In this document: one piece after another, positions 34,801 to 43,196 of the stretch
Layout: every line of letters begins with the position of its first letter
Position numbering within the stretch: position 1 is the stretch's first letter
NCBI GenBank assembly: GCA_036383955.1
Contig: DASVNH010000224.1
Location: forward strand, 1,008-65,007
From: Planctomycetota bacterium
GTDB taxonomy: Bacteria > Planctomycetota > MHYJ01 > JACPRB01
Reading direction: 5' to 3'
Length of the DNA stretch: 64,000 nucleotides
Notes under the pieces: generated by a model
What the model was told of the DNA's origin: nothing
The model's input: the letters and a program-made list of their open reading frames with translations, nothing else
Database searches by the model: none
Position numbers and translations under genes: made by a program

Positions 34801-37697
34801 GTCCTGCGTGAATCCCCCACCGCCCAGCTTACCGAGAGATCTCCGGTCTTGGAGCTCAAGTCAGTCCTCTCGTAGGTGGTTTCTTGGATAAGATTCCCCG
34901 CTCCGTCATAGTTTTTTACGACCTGCGCAATCACCGTGTCGCCTGCTACGTCATCTGCGTCCGGATAGGCTGATTCACCATCGTCGTATGAAACAAAAGT
35001 CGCACTCGTCCCCCCAGCCCCATCGTAGGCAACCTTATTGAATTCTCCGTTGGGTCCTTTCGTCTTGATCCGCGCACCTCGCGCATTCGCCCAATAGTGT
35101 GTCGTCAATCTGTTACCAACCGCGCCCGTACTTGGATGCACATGGTGCATGATCGTTTGGTAAACCCGCCCTTTTTCGTCGAACTTGGTTTCGCTCTTTC
35201 CGCGTAGCTCGGTTGAGTCTATAACGAAATTGACGTTTGTATCCGCGTAGGTTTCGCTGACGGTCGACTGATTCAGATTATCATAAGTCGTCCTCAGGGC
35301 CACCTTATCGGGACCGCGCATGTCGAGTTGGCGACCGCGAAAATCATACTGATAACTCGTGTCCAGGCTCGTCGCCGCCGCGGTGAAGAACTTACTCGTC
35401 GTCAGGTTTCCATTTCCGACCCCACCGGCATCGTAAATGTACTCGTTCGTCTTGATCGTATTCGTCCCCGAAAGATTGGAAGGCGACCACGCCCCGGAGG
35501 TAGGTGTGTCGTCGGTTCCGATCCATTCGCTAACTACACGACCGAGGCCGTCGTGTACCGTACGCAGGATAGTCAGGGTCCAATCGACATCCCGATCGGG
35601 GCGACCGTTCAGGTCATAACCACTGCTGCGTCGGTAGAAATGTGTTCCCAATGTACCCAAGCTTGTCGAGGTTGAGTACGTCAGGCCACTGAAGGAGTTG
35701 TAAGCGTCGACCTGAGTAACTCGACCGTTCGCGTCACGCGTTGAGCGTTCGAGCCTGTGAATGAGCGAGGATCCCGTCAACGTCTCTGTACCCGTCGGCT
35801 TGCCGCCCGAGGATGTAGGAGTCACGGACGTGGTAAAGTTGTCCGTGTAGCTCCCGGCCTTGTCCTTTCTGGTCACCCTAGTAGGGCCTGTCGTCGCTGT
35901 CCCCGTCCAGCCTGGATAGACTCTTGTCTCCCAATCCGCGTCCTTGTATACCGTGTAAGTATCGCGAAGGTCTGGATCTTGATCGCGCGTACTGCGGGAG
36001 AGGAGGTCGAACTCGTAATTCCAGACTAAGTGCAGCCCCCCACTCGAAGGTGTCACCCAGCCGGAAGGCTCGTCGGAAACACTGCTGGTTTGGACGTCTC
36101 GAATACGCTGGGTCAGAGCACCCGTACCACGATCGTAGCGGCTGACTTGGAGGAAGCCATCCGCATCCTTGAACCACGTGGGCCGGCTCCATTTATCGAA
36201 GTACTGGATGTCGGAGGTCGCGGAATTTGAGCCATTTTGGGCCGTGGTCACAATCGGGTAGGTGGTTGTTTTCGCCTCGATCTTGTTGGATTCGCTAGAG
36301 GACGGCGGAACGAACCAAGTATATGCGAACGACGTCGTCTGGCCGCCCGTTCCATCCGTGTTGCGGTACCTCGCCCGGTTCGCGATTGGGTATACGGTGT
36401 GTGAATAGGCAAATGCAACCGAGGATGCGTGAGCGAAATACTGGGTTTGCTCCTGCTTCACAAGAGATCCGCTCTTCCCATTCTTGATATTGCGTGTCTT
36501 AACGAAGCCAAGCACATCTCCAGGAGTGCCGGAAGTCGCCGTAGTCGAGCTTCCATACTCTGTCACCTGAATCAGGCCCGTGTTATTGAGATATGTGTAG
36601 GTACCGCCTACAAGGTTGGGCTGCGCTTCCATGGTGGCAAGCGACACCACAGTCGCATCCGCAACAGCGGCTGGACTGGCCTCCATCGTCACCCGCCCCT
36701 TTGAATCGCGCTCGTACCACGTGCGCCACTCAAGAGTGCCTGACTTGAACACTTTCATGACGACTTGCGCGCGAGAGTTCGTGTATACGATGTTCTGGTC
36801 CCCATTGGGAAGCGTTTCAACGACTTTCCGCGTCCAGTTGTTCACGCCGTTGGCGTGGGCACTGTCCGTGGCGGATGATAACGTAACCGTGCCTACGCCC
36901 TGCACCACCTCGGAGGTCACGCGCAGGTTTGTGTCGAACGTCAACTTCAGATTCGCGTAGGTCTGCACAGTCGTGTCCGAAGCTAAATCGACGTTTCCGT
37001 CCGTGCCCCCAACAAACGCTTTCAATCTCTCGTAGGATTCCCCCTCCACGATCAACTTCGGGGTCACTTGGCTTTGAACGTCAACGTTGTAGCGATAATA
37101 TGTCACCTCAATCGTGTTGTTGGAGGCATCCTTGACCCGAGCGCGTTGCAACGCTCCAATTGCCCCACTGGAATAGTACTCGTACGTCACGCTCCTTATC
37201 GTCTGTTGGGAGCTCGAGACGATCCGCGAAAGGGTTACCGCACTCACTTGCCAATTCGATCCGATCTGGGTGTACGCATAATCCAAACGAGTTTCGGTGG
37301 TCGTATCGATCACTCCCGCTGTCTGTTCGAACTGACGCCGCTGCGAAATCCGATAGGGGCCGGATCCGCCTGGCTGGGTGAAGCTGTGCAGCGTTGCCGT
37401 CCCCGTCAGGGCCGTGGTGAAATATGCGTTCGTCGTCGAATAGAGGCACCCCCTCAGCTCCGAGATCGAGTAGGTGAAGCTGTAGAACTCAAGGTTGTTC
37501 CCATCCTCGTCTTTGAGATTAATCTTCGTCCCGTCACCCGACGTGACCAACGTCTCTTTGTATGAGTAGTCCGGATCTGGATCATAGGCTCCACCGTTCT
37601 TCACCCACGAGCGGGCGTGGCGCGAGCCGATAACGAGAACGACCTTGGTTCCCTTGTCGACAAGTCGGGCGAAACCGTTGCGCCAGCCCGGCCCCAT
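31872..37697 (-). CDS. Rhs/YD-repeat polymorphic toxin (shell + RHS core + 217-aa unassigned C-terminal domain)
   Basis: 1941 aa with dozens of YD-type repeats (YxYDxxGR/N). The RHS-repeat-associated core ends in YHPTLGRWLQRDPIGYHDGYNLYEYVGARPTGSLDPEGL. The C-terminal domain lies at 31875-32525. The frame is open upstream to the TGA at 37923-37925. Confidence 0.9.
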   Translation of the reverse strand: MGPGWRNGFARLVDKGTKVVLVIGSRHARSWVKNGGAYDPDPDYSYKETLVTSGDGTKINLKDEDGNNLEFYSFTYSISELRGCLYSTTNAYFTTALTGTATLHSFTQPGGSGPYRISQRRQFEQTAGVIDTTTETRLDYAYTQIGSNWQVSAVTLSRIVSSSQQTIRSVTYEYYSSGAIGALQRARVKDASNNTIEVTYYRYNVDVQSQVTPKLIVEGESYERLKAFVGGTDGNVDLASDTTVQTYANLKLTFDTNLRVTSEVVQGVGTVTLSSATDSAHANGVNNWTRKVVETLPNGDQNIVYTNSRAQVVMKVFKSGTLEWRTWYERDSKGRVTMEASPAAVADATVVSLATMEAQPNLVGGTYTYLNNTGLIQVTEYGSSTTATSGTPGDVLGFVKTRNIKNGKSGSLVKQEQTQYFAHASSVAFAYSHTVYPIANRARYRNTDGTGGQTTSFAYTWFVPPSSSESNKIEAKTTTYPIVTTAQNGSNSATSDIQYFDKWSRPTWFKDADGFLQVSRYDRGTGALTQRIRDVQTSSVSDEPSGWVTPSSGGLHLVWNYEFDLLSRSTRDQDPDLRDTYTVYKDADWETRVYPGWTGTATTGPTRVTRKDKAGSYTDNFTTSVTPTSSGGKPTGTETLTGSSLIHRLERSTRDANGRVTQVDAYNSFSGLTYSTSTSLGTLGTHFYRRSSGYDLNGRPDRDVDWTLTILRTVHDGLGRVVSEWIGTDDTPTSGAWSPSNLSGTNTIKTNEYIYDAGGVGNGNLTTSKFFTAAATSLDTSYQYDFRGRQLDMRGPDKVALRTTYDNLNQSTVSETYADTNVNFVIDSTELRGKSETKFDEKGRVYQTIMHHVHPSTGAVGNRLTTHYWANARGARIKTKGPNGEFNKVAYDGAGGTSATFVSYDDGESAYPDADDVAGDTVIAQVVKNYDGAGNLIQETTYERTDLSSKTGDLSVSWAVGDSRRTFYAAWFDIAGRQTYQANYGNNGDTTFTRPSTPPEPNSSDNILVAKTQFDSAGRPYRRLDNKARVTEVTFDMLARATKSVGNYVDGSVGNAEYDSDRTTEHVYDSAGRLSQIKVKNPKGGTVEDQITTYGYGTDANLASPAVWRNDILVGEIYPDSDDTFNAGGSAGAKFANGTDATYDRIEYTYEYASRKLTKKQQDTTTHTYTYDTVGRFSTDQASTLGSGIDGAIRRIEYGYDDLSRRVTVGSYSATSGGTLLNEIRFSYDGWRQETGRTEGHEGTATGAPGYTKSFSDGAVSGEAKYIRLTSMSYPNGRVVYMNYPSSGTVGDRLSRPDNLAHDASGTTKFAQYTYLGLGRIVKVAHPQVTGGLNLDYGTGTGSPTGWDRFGRIIDHKWQTDSAAIKDQYQYGYDRTSNRTFRDNLTANGLGKDQYFVMDGLDRLTTDKRGDLNAGRTDISGTPGFQETWTLEGSGNWKQLVQTTAGTTTRDETRDHTKANETTVINLTAGSGGADCQLDQNGNVIAAAPPGAAVSSDLRLYVYDAWNRMVQNDTSPLGTSITEWYKYDGLHRRIVKLREVTSAGGSPVNRVDYYYTSEWQVVEERELLNTSSTTTVATVPKCQYIWDLRYIDAVVLRDENKDGDGDCVDGTDRRIYYTQDANYNVTSLVETSGTTYIRYLYDAYGQFSRWTSAWAVATKDNTGNELFMGGYRQGATKTYQVRNREYHPTLGRWLQRDPIGYHDGYNLYEYVGARPTGSLDPEGLCEVEIVMPPQGSPAVTFGWHLDGAEKWPQVGFSAGVRFKIKYRCTTEITGEAYMDLVVTFKIEITTLVPDQADPAYSEAEYKRWLDGKPGAKRPGKQDISQLREPIDGLGKIGKLPIMRETFEDPEWRTMFPSPVVTGYYDPLKNNDTMKSAEENVRQQAQKQPLKASLPTERGSTWAPRAQAPLGPPLIQVSVGIGGKDSNGGVCGHEANGTYTSP

Positions 37698-37922
37698 CGT
37701 CCCGTCGGAGTAAGCGGGGTCCGTCGCCCAATGCCGAGTCTGACTGATTCCTTCGAAACCCTGCGCAGCGAGGTCCGCACTGGAGAGGATCTTTTCGCCG
37801 GTGTAGAAGTTGGTCGGAAAAGAGCTTAGCGCGCAGAAGTTATCGCCGTCCGCGGTCGCGCTGCCGCCGCCGGTGATCGAGGCGCTTACCCCACCGGACT
37901 CCGTCCGGTCGCAGCAGAGTTT

Positions 37923-38075
37923 TCAGCCGGCCGTTGACGAGGCGTAGTCGGTGAAGGTCGCCAGCGTAGTACGTACCACCTCTTCCCACTTGGGAGTGCT
38001 TAGCAGGGAAAGGAAGCCGGCCGCGGCGAAGACCGCCGCCGGTAGGGCCCACGCCAGGATGTTCTTCGCCTTCAT
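37923..38075 (-). CDS. signal-anchor fragment in frame with the Rhs ORF (separated only by TGA)
   Basis: ATG 38075 follows GAGGG and gives MKAKNILAWALPAAVFAAAGFLSLLSTPKWEE.... The TGA at 37925-37923 is followed by 75 sense codons in the same frame, leading into the Rhs ATG at 37697. Confidence 0.5.
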   Translation of the reverse strand: MKAKNILAWALPAAVFAAAGFLSLLSTPKWEEVVRTTLATFTDYASSTAG

Positions 38076-38124
38076 CGTTTCGCCCTCGTCTTCCGTTCGA
38101 ATCTTCTCGTGTCGCTTAGCCCAG

Positions 38125-39489
38125 CTATCGGGACAGCTGCTTTTCAATCTCGATAATCCGCCGTTCCAGGTTCGCGGTTACCTGCGGGTCCAGCTTTCCA
38201 GACGGCGCGCTTCCGAGCTGACTCTTGAGCCAGTCGAGTTCACCGCGCAGGGGCGCGTCGCGGCGATCCAGCTCCGCCTTTGCCTGTAGCTGCTCGAGTT
38301 CTCGCTCCCGCTGAAGCACCGCCGGCTCCACCGCCGCGAAAGCCCGGGCCGCTTCGGCCTCACCCACGATGGGTTTCCACGTCTCCATTGCCTTCCGCGA
38401 TAACTTGGGGTCAAAAGGCGTGAGTTCCGCCAGCAGTTTCCTGAATGCGGCCTCTCGGACGGCCAGGTCGGACGTCGCCCGAATCACTCTCCCCCAACAG
38501 GACGCGCGCCAGGACGCCTCGGGAAAAGTATTTCCGGGGGTCTGAGCCTGCACCTTCTCCCAGAAGGCGGCCTCGTACGACTTCCCGGCAACCAGCGCCG
38601 AAAGAGTGCCTTCCTCCATCACAATCCCGCAGCCCGTCTCCTTCGCGACTCCCCAAGCGACGGCTTCCCAGAATTTCCCAGCTATTGAGAGGTCCTTTGT
38701 ATGCTCCATCCCCCGCTCGGTGAGATTCCAGTCCTTGGCTTCACGTCCCGAACGGGCTACGCGTACGGCCACCTTTTCCGCTATGTAGGCGATCTCCGCG
38801 TTCACGGGCGCTTCGGCCCACGCCGCGATCAGCTTCGGGAAATCAGGCGAGGCCTTTTCCGCCAGGCCAAGGACGTGTTCGATCCTTGGGGCCGGAGCCT
38901 TGGCGTCTTCAGTCGTCCCTTCGACCCAGTAAGCGCGCCGAATCATCCGAAGCGCCCGATTGAAGTCGTCCGCCTCGATCGAGACTGAGACGGCTGCCTC
39001 AAGGCTGCTTCCCCGATAGACGGAAATCGGCGTCTTTACGAGCCGATCCAATCCCCGTTCGATCTGCGGCTTCCAATACTCGTTCGCGTTCGCGGAACGA
39101 ATCAGAGCCGCGAGTTGCTCCTTTGAACTCCAGCGCGCGAAGCGCGCGAGAAGCTCCTCTGCGATAGGCTCGATACCCGGCTGTGCTCCGGGCACGCGTT
39201 TGATTCGTTCCCAGCCGGTAAACGCCGCATTCTGCACTGGTGCCCACTCGTCCGCCGTGAGACGGTCATGCAGTGTCACCAACAGCCGGGCACCCAGATC
39301 CACGTCCGACGGTGTAGGCTGGTACTTCAACAGCTGCGCCGCGCTTTCCACGAGCACCACCTTTTCCGCGGTGTAGACCGGAAGATGGAGCGTCGTTTCA
39401 TGACCTCGGGGAGCTGATCCTGGACCGAACAGAAACCAAGCCACGACGAGTAGCACGACAGAAGCCAGAAGAAGAGCGAACCATTTCAT
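38125..39489 (-). CDS. hypothetical membrane-anchored protein with C-terminal coiled coil
   Basis: 454 aa with N-terminal TM MKWFALLLASVVLLVVAWFLF and a C-terminal RERELEQLQAKAELDRRD...IIEIEKQL. It ends 49 nt upstream of the Rhs signal-anchor ATG. Confidence 0.6.
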   Translation of the reverse strand: MKWFALLLASVVLLVVAWFLFGPGSAPRGHETTLHLPVYTAEKVVLVESAAQLLKYQPTPSDVDLGARLLVTLHDRLTADEWAPVQNAAFTGWERIKRVPGAQPGIEPIAEELLARFARWSSKEQLAALIRSANANEYWKPQIERGLDRLVKTPISVYRGSSLEAAVSVSIEADDFNRALRMIRRAYWVEGTTEDAKAPAPRIEHVLGLAEKASPDFPKLIAAWAEAPVNAEIAYIAEKVAVRVARSGREAKDWNLTERGMEHTKDLSIAGKFWEAVAWGVAKETGCGIVMEEGTLSALVAGKSYEAAFWEKVQAQTPGNTFPEASWRASCWGRVIRATSDLAVREAAFRKLLAELTPFDPKLSRKAMETWKPIVGEAEAARAFAAVEPAVLQRERELEQLQAKAELDRRDAPLRGELDWLKSQLGSAPSGKLDPQVTANLERRIIEIEKQLSR

Positions 39490-39956
39490 GAGAGGATCAG
39501 TTCCCGGATAGAGATGAGAGGATAGCTTTGGATGGGAATCGAGGTGACGACCGGGTTCCGCGACTCCATATTCCCTCCCCTGGGAGTCCGAGACTTTCCT
39601 ATCTCGAACTCCTCCCGTCGTCCGCCACCCCGGTCAGAAGGGGGACAACGGCCCATGCCCGCGGCGTTCCAACTGCTCTGCACCGCTGACTAGCGTGGTT
39701 CTACACTGCCCTATCCAGGTCCGTCAACAAAATTGCGATCCGTTCACGCATTCTTTTCAGGTTTCTCCTGAGGCCGAAAGATGGTCGGCGGATGATCAGG
39801 AGCTCAATCAGTGCCCGGACAACTTCCCATGGGACGTGGACCTGGGAACCGCGGAGACCGTCACCGCCTCGGCCAACAACCCGCGCCGTCACGCGTAGAG
39901 CGGGGCGCCGGCTGCTTCATTGAGCGGTCCAAACATGCACGCCTGAGTTGGCGTCT

Positions 39957-41642
39957 TCAGCGCTTGACGCCGAAGAGCCGCTCTCCGCATCGTTCGAGCA
40001 GCTCACGTCCGACCGCGTCCTCGATCAGGGGATCCGAACGAGGATTGACCTTCGAGCAGTAGACGTAGCGCGCCCCTGTCTCTTCGATAGACTTCCTCAA
40101 GTCCTCGATCGTCCGACCGCGGAAGTAGAAGACGGGGCGGGTGTAGTCCGGTCTGTAGATGAGATAGGACTCTCCGCGCGAATGGACAGCCTCGACGATG
40201 TGGAAAAGCACAGGCTCGACGCCAGGCGGCTGGGATTCGAGGATGGAGCCGACCGAACGTTCCCGCCAGCTCATTTTCGCCAACCGGATAGCGTTTTCAA
40301 GACGGTGATCGACCGGGAAAAACGTCGCGGCGAACTGGAACGCCGCCCCCGCCGTAACGAGCCCCAGGACGGGCCTCATCCGCTCCGCCGCCCAGACGGC
40401 CGCGACCGCGAGGACGGACGGGAAGAACAGGACAAAGCGCAGGCACCAGTCATCATGATTCACGAGGAAAAGGACCGACACCAGAGAAACGGACATCCCC
40501 AGCAACACCCGGCCCGCCCTAGGGGTTTCGCGCACCCAGCCCCACAGCGCCAGCGAACCGCACGCGAACGCCACCGCTCCCCAGCCCGAGATGTGGCTCA
40601 ATAGCGCCCCATAGCCCACTTGATCGTCATAGACGCGCACATTGAACAACGCCCGGATGTTCCTCCAACCCGAGCTCAGGCTCGGCCCGAACTGGATCTT
40701 CAGGGTTCCCTCGCCACCGATCAGTCCACGACTCCCCACGGGATGCATCGGATTCCCGAACCAGAGCGCATTGCGCGCGTACCAGAACAGCCCCGGCACC
40801 AGAGCCACCACGCCGACCGGCAGGCCCGTCCCCGCGCTCTTCGCGACTAGCACAAGGAAGCCCGGCAGCGCGTAGCCGTACGTCGGCTTGATCCCGACCC
40901 CCAAAAGCGCGATCGCTGCGACCCACGGCCACGGTGCCTTTGCCAGCAGCAGCGCGAACGTTGATAGGACCAGCGCCGCGATCGGCACGTCGTTCAGGCA
41001 GGACGTCGCGCTCACCTGCAGCCCCGGCGTCAGCGCGTACAGCAGCGCGGCCCAAGCCGAGGCTTTCTCCGACATCCCAAGCTCCCGCGCCAACGCGAAG
41101 CAGGCCGCCGACGCCAGCAGCAGGAACTCCACGCCGGCCAACTCGATTAGGACGTCGTGACGCAAGAACACCACCCACCAGGCTTCAATGAGTTCGAAGC
41201 CCGCGGGAAACGTCGCGTGAGTATCGACGCCCATCTCGCGCGTAAAGCCGCCCGCTCGGATCCATTCCGGGATCTTCGTCAGATGGTAGGACAGCGCGTC
41301 GTGGTTGTGCGGCGCGAAGAACCAGACCTGCAGGAGCAGCCGCAGCAGGACAATCGCCGCCGCGCAGGTCCAAATATAGCCCCAAAACGGAACCCTCGGT
41401 TTCGACACCCGTGGTCGCAGGATCGCCAGGGCCACGACCCCCGCCGCACTCAGCCAGAAACCGTTAAAAGTCCCTGTGGTGCCCGCCGCGATCACCACGA
41501 GCGAAATAAGAAGAAAGCGGGCGACGAAGAAGAGAAGGACGTCGAGATGCCCTTGCCTCGTCCCCCAGCGGCGAACCGCCTCGCGCGCGCACGCGAGAAC
41601 TGCCGCGTTGGCTACAAGCATACCCGCGAGGCCTAGGATCAT
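39957..41642 (-). CDS. polytopic GT-C-fold glycosyltransferase (family 39/83-like, PMT/ArnT-type)
   Basis: 561 aa with more than 10 predicted TM helices, an early loop motif NHDALSYH resembling the GT-C D/E-x-x-x-Y loop, and a C-terminal soluble domain. It is adjacent to a GT2 polyprenyl-phosphate glycosyltransferase-like gene. Confidence 0.55.
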   Translation of the reverse strand: MILGLAGMLVANAAVLACAREAVRRWGTRQGHLDVLLFFVARFLLISLVVIAAGTTGTFNGFWLSAAGVVALAILRPRVSKPRVPFWGYIWTCAAAIVLLRLLLQVWFFAPHNHDALSYHLTKIPEWIRAGGFTREMGVDTHATFPAGFELIEAWWVVFLRHDVLIELAGVEFLLLASAACFALARELGMSEKASAWAALLYALTPGLQVSATSCLNDVPIAALVLSTFALLLAKAPWPWVAAIALLGVGIKPTYGYALPGFLVLVAKSAGTGLPVGVVALVPGLFWYARNALWFGNPMHPVGSRGLIGGEGTLKIQFGPSLSSGWRNIRALFNVRVYDDQVGYGALLSHISGWGAVAFACGSLALWGWVRETPRAGRVLLGMSVSLVSVLFLVNHDDWCLRFVLFFPSVLAVAAVWAAERMRPVLGLVTAGAAFQFAATFFPVDHRLENAIRLAKMSWRERSVGSILESQPPGVEPVLFHIVEAVHSRGESYLIYRPDYTRPVFYFRGRTIEDLRKSIEETGARYVYCSKVNPRSDPLIEDAVGRELLERCGERLFGVKR

Positions 41643-41680
41643 GGACAGAGTGAAGCAGCCGCGCTATAAGTCGTCAACGG

Positions 41681-41923
41681 ATGTCGAAAACGCTCTGGCC
41701 CGAATTCGTGGTGGCCCTCGGCCTCGTGCTCGTCCGAATCCTCTCCGTCGCGCCCGGCGGCCTCTGGCGCGACTGGCTTTTCTTCCTCGGCCTCTTCGGT
41801 CTCGCCCACGCCCTGGGCGCGCGATCCACGCCCGTCGCGACGACCGCCATGGCCTACCTACTGGCGATCCACGTCGTGGGCCAGCTCCCACACATACTCA
41901 CCGTCTGGGGCATGAGGTTTTAG
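41681..41923 (+). CDS. small membrane protein (80 aa)
   Basis: Two to three hydrophobic helices and strongly G+C-rich third positions. It is on the opposite strand to both neighbours. Confidence 0.4.
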   Translation: MSKTLWPEFVVALGLVLVRILSVAPGGLWRDWLFFLGLFGLAHALGARSTPVATTAMAYLLAIHVVGQLPHILTVWGMRF

Positions 41924-42606
41924 CGGAAGATCGCGCGGTCGAGCATCACCGCGACGGCTCGCACCGCGTCCTTCCAGCCGATCTTCTTGCCTTCCGCGTA
42001 GCCGCGGCGTTCATACGAGATCGGCCGCTCCGCGAATCGCAGGCCCCGCCGGGCCAGCAGCGCCGTCACCTCGGGTTCGAAGCTGAAGCCGTCCGAGCGA
42101 AGCGGAAGCACCCGGGCGATCCGCGCGGGGATCAACTTGTAGCAGGTTACCATGTCCGTGAGATGCCGCGCCGTCAAAAGGTTCGAGAGCCACGTCAGGC
42201 TCCGATTGCCCAGCGTATGCCACCACTCCGCGCGCGAACGCGTCAGATATCGAGACCCATAGACGACATCCGCCCGACCGGCCCGCAGAACCTCGAGCAA
42301 TGCCTCGATATCCGCGGGATCGTATTCGAGGTCCGCGTCCTGCACCACGATGAACGTCCCGGTCGCCCGCTTGAATCCTTCGCGGATCGCCGCGCCTTTC
42401 CCCTGGTTTCGAGATTGCCGCACGACTTTGATGATCGGTGTCCGGCCAGCCAGCAAGTCGAGTTTCTCACGCGTGTGGTCAGTTGAACCGTCATCCACGA
42501 CAACCACCTCGCGGAGCGAGGGCATCGCGAGCACCCGGTTCAGAATCGCTTCGATCGTCGAAGCCTCATTGAAGACCGGCATGATCACGGAGAGGTCCGG
42601 CTGCAT
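41920..42606 (-). CDS. GT2 glycosyltransferase (dolichyl/polyprenyl-phosphate mannosyl/glucosyl-transferase-like)
   Basis: 228 aa with SVIMPVFNE, VVVDDGSTDHT and VQDADLEYDP (DxD-type), typical of the DPM1/ArnC-like GT2 family. Confidence 0.85.
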   Translation of the reverse strand: MQPDLSVIMPVFNEASTIEAILNRVLAMPSLREVVVVDDGSTDHTREKLDLLAGRTPIIKVVRQSRNQGKGAAIREGFKRATGTFIVVQDADLEYDPADIEALLEVLRAGRADVVYGSRYLTRSRAEWWHTLGNRSLTWLSNLLTARHLTDMVTCYKLIPARIARVLPLRSDGFSFEPEVTALLARRGLRFAERPISYERRGYAEGKKIGWKDAVRAVAVMLDRAIFR

Positions 42607-42677
42607 GCGCGAAGATCATAAGGAATTCGCGGCATACGCGGCTCGCAAAACCATCGGTGTGCTACACTCCCCGCCGT

Positions 42678-43196
42678 ATGCGACGCGCCGCTGCCCTGCT
42701 CGCGCTGCTCGCCGCCGGATGCGCGGGCCAGAGCGCCCAGAACTGGCTCGAAGAGGGGAACCGCTTCTTCGACACCGGAGATCCCCAGGGCGCCGTACGG
42801 GCCTACTCCTCCGCGATCGACGTAGACCCTGGGTTCTCGCAAGCATGGAATAACCGGGGGCTCGCGAAAGCCCAGCTCGGAGACCTCGTGGGCGCGCACG
42901 CGGATTACGCCGAGGCTATCCGGCTCGGCCCGTCCGCCGCCGAGGCTCACTACAATCGCGGCGTCGTCTACCTCCAGACCCAAGACGCGTATCGGGCCAT
43001 CGCGGATTTCTCCGACGCCCTCCGCCTGCAGCCCGAGTATCCGCGCGCGCTGGCCGGGCGAGGCTTGGCGCGGGCGAAGGTCGGGGACAAAACTGGTGCG
43101 GCCGACGACTTCAAGAAGGCCCTCGAGCTGTCTTCCCCGGACTGGCCCGAGCGGACCCGCGTCGAAGCCGAGTTGGCTAGGCTCAGCGGGAAATGA
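42678..43196 (+). CDS. TPR-repeat lipoprotein
   Basis: MRRAAALLALLAAGC lipobox, then four TPR units (AWNNRGLA, AHYNRGVVY, ALAGRGLA ...). Confidence 0.8.
   Translation: MRRAAALLALLAAGCAGQSAQNWLEEGNRFFDTGDPQGAVRAYSSAIDVDPGFSQAWNNRGLAKAQLGDLVGAHADYAEAIRLGPSAAEAHYNRGVVYLQTQDAYRAIADFSDALRLQPEYPRALAGRGLARAKVGDKTGAADDFKKALELSSPDWPERTRVEAELARLSGK

Noticed and set aside
28829-37925. Reading the two in-frame TGA codons (28829-28831 and 37923-37925) as selenocysteine, or as evidence of an alternative genetic code in the island donor.
   Set aside because: TGA is used as a genuine stop by neighbouring island genes (for example 30370-30372) and by host genes. The first TGA lies in a gene that is also N-terminally truncated. 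No convincing SECIS-like structure follows the first TGA, and only a short 7-bp hairpin follows the second. Point-mutational decay is the simpler reading. The read-through idea is kept only as a testable alternative for the Rhs gene.
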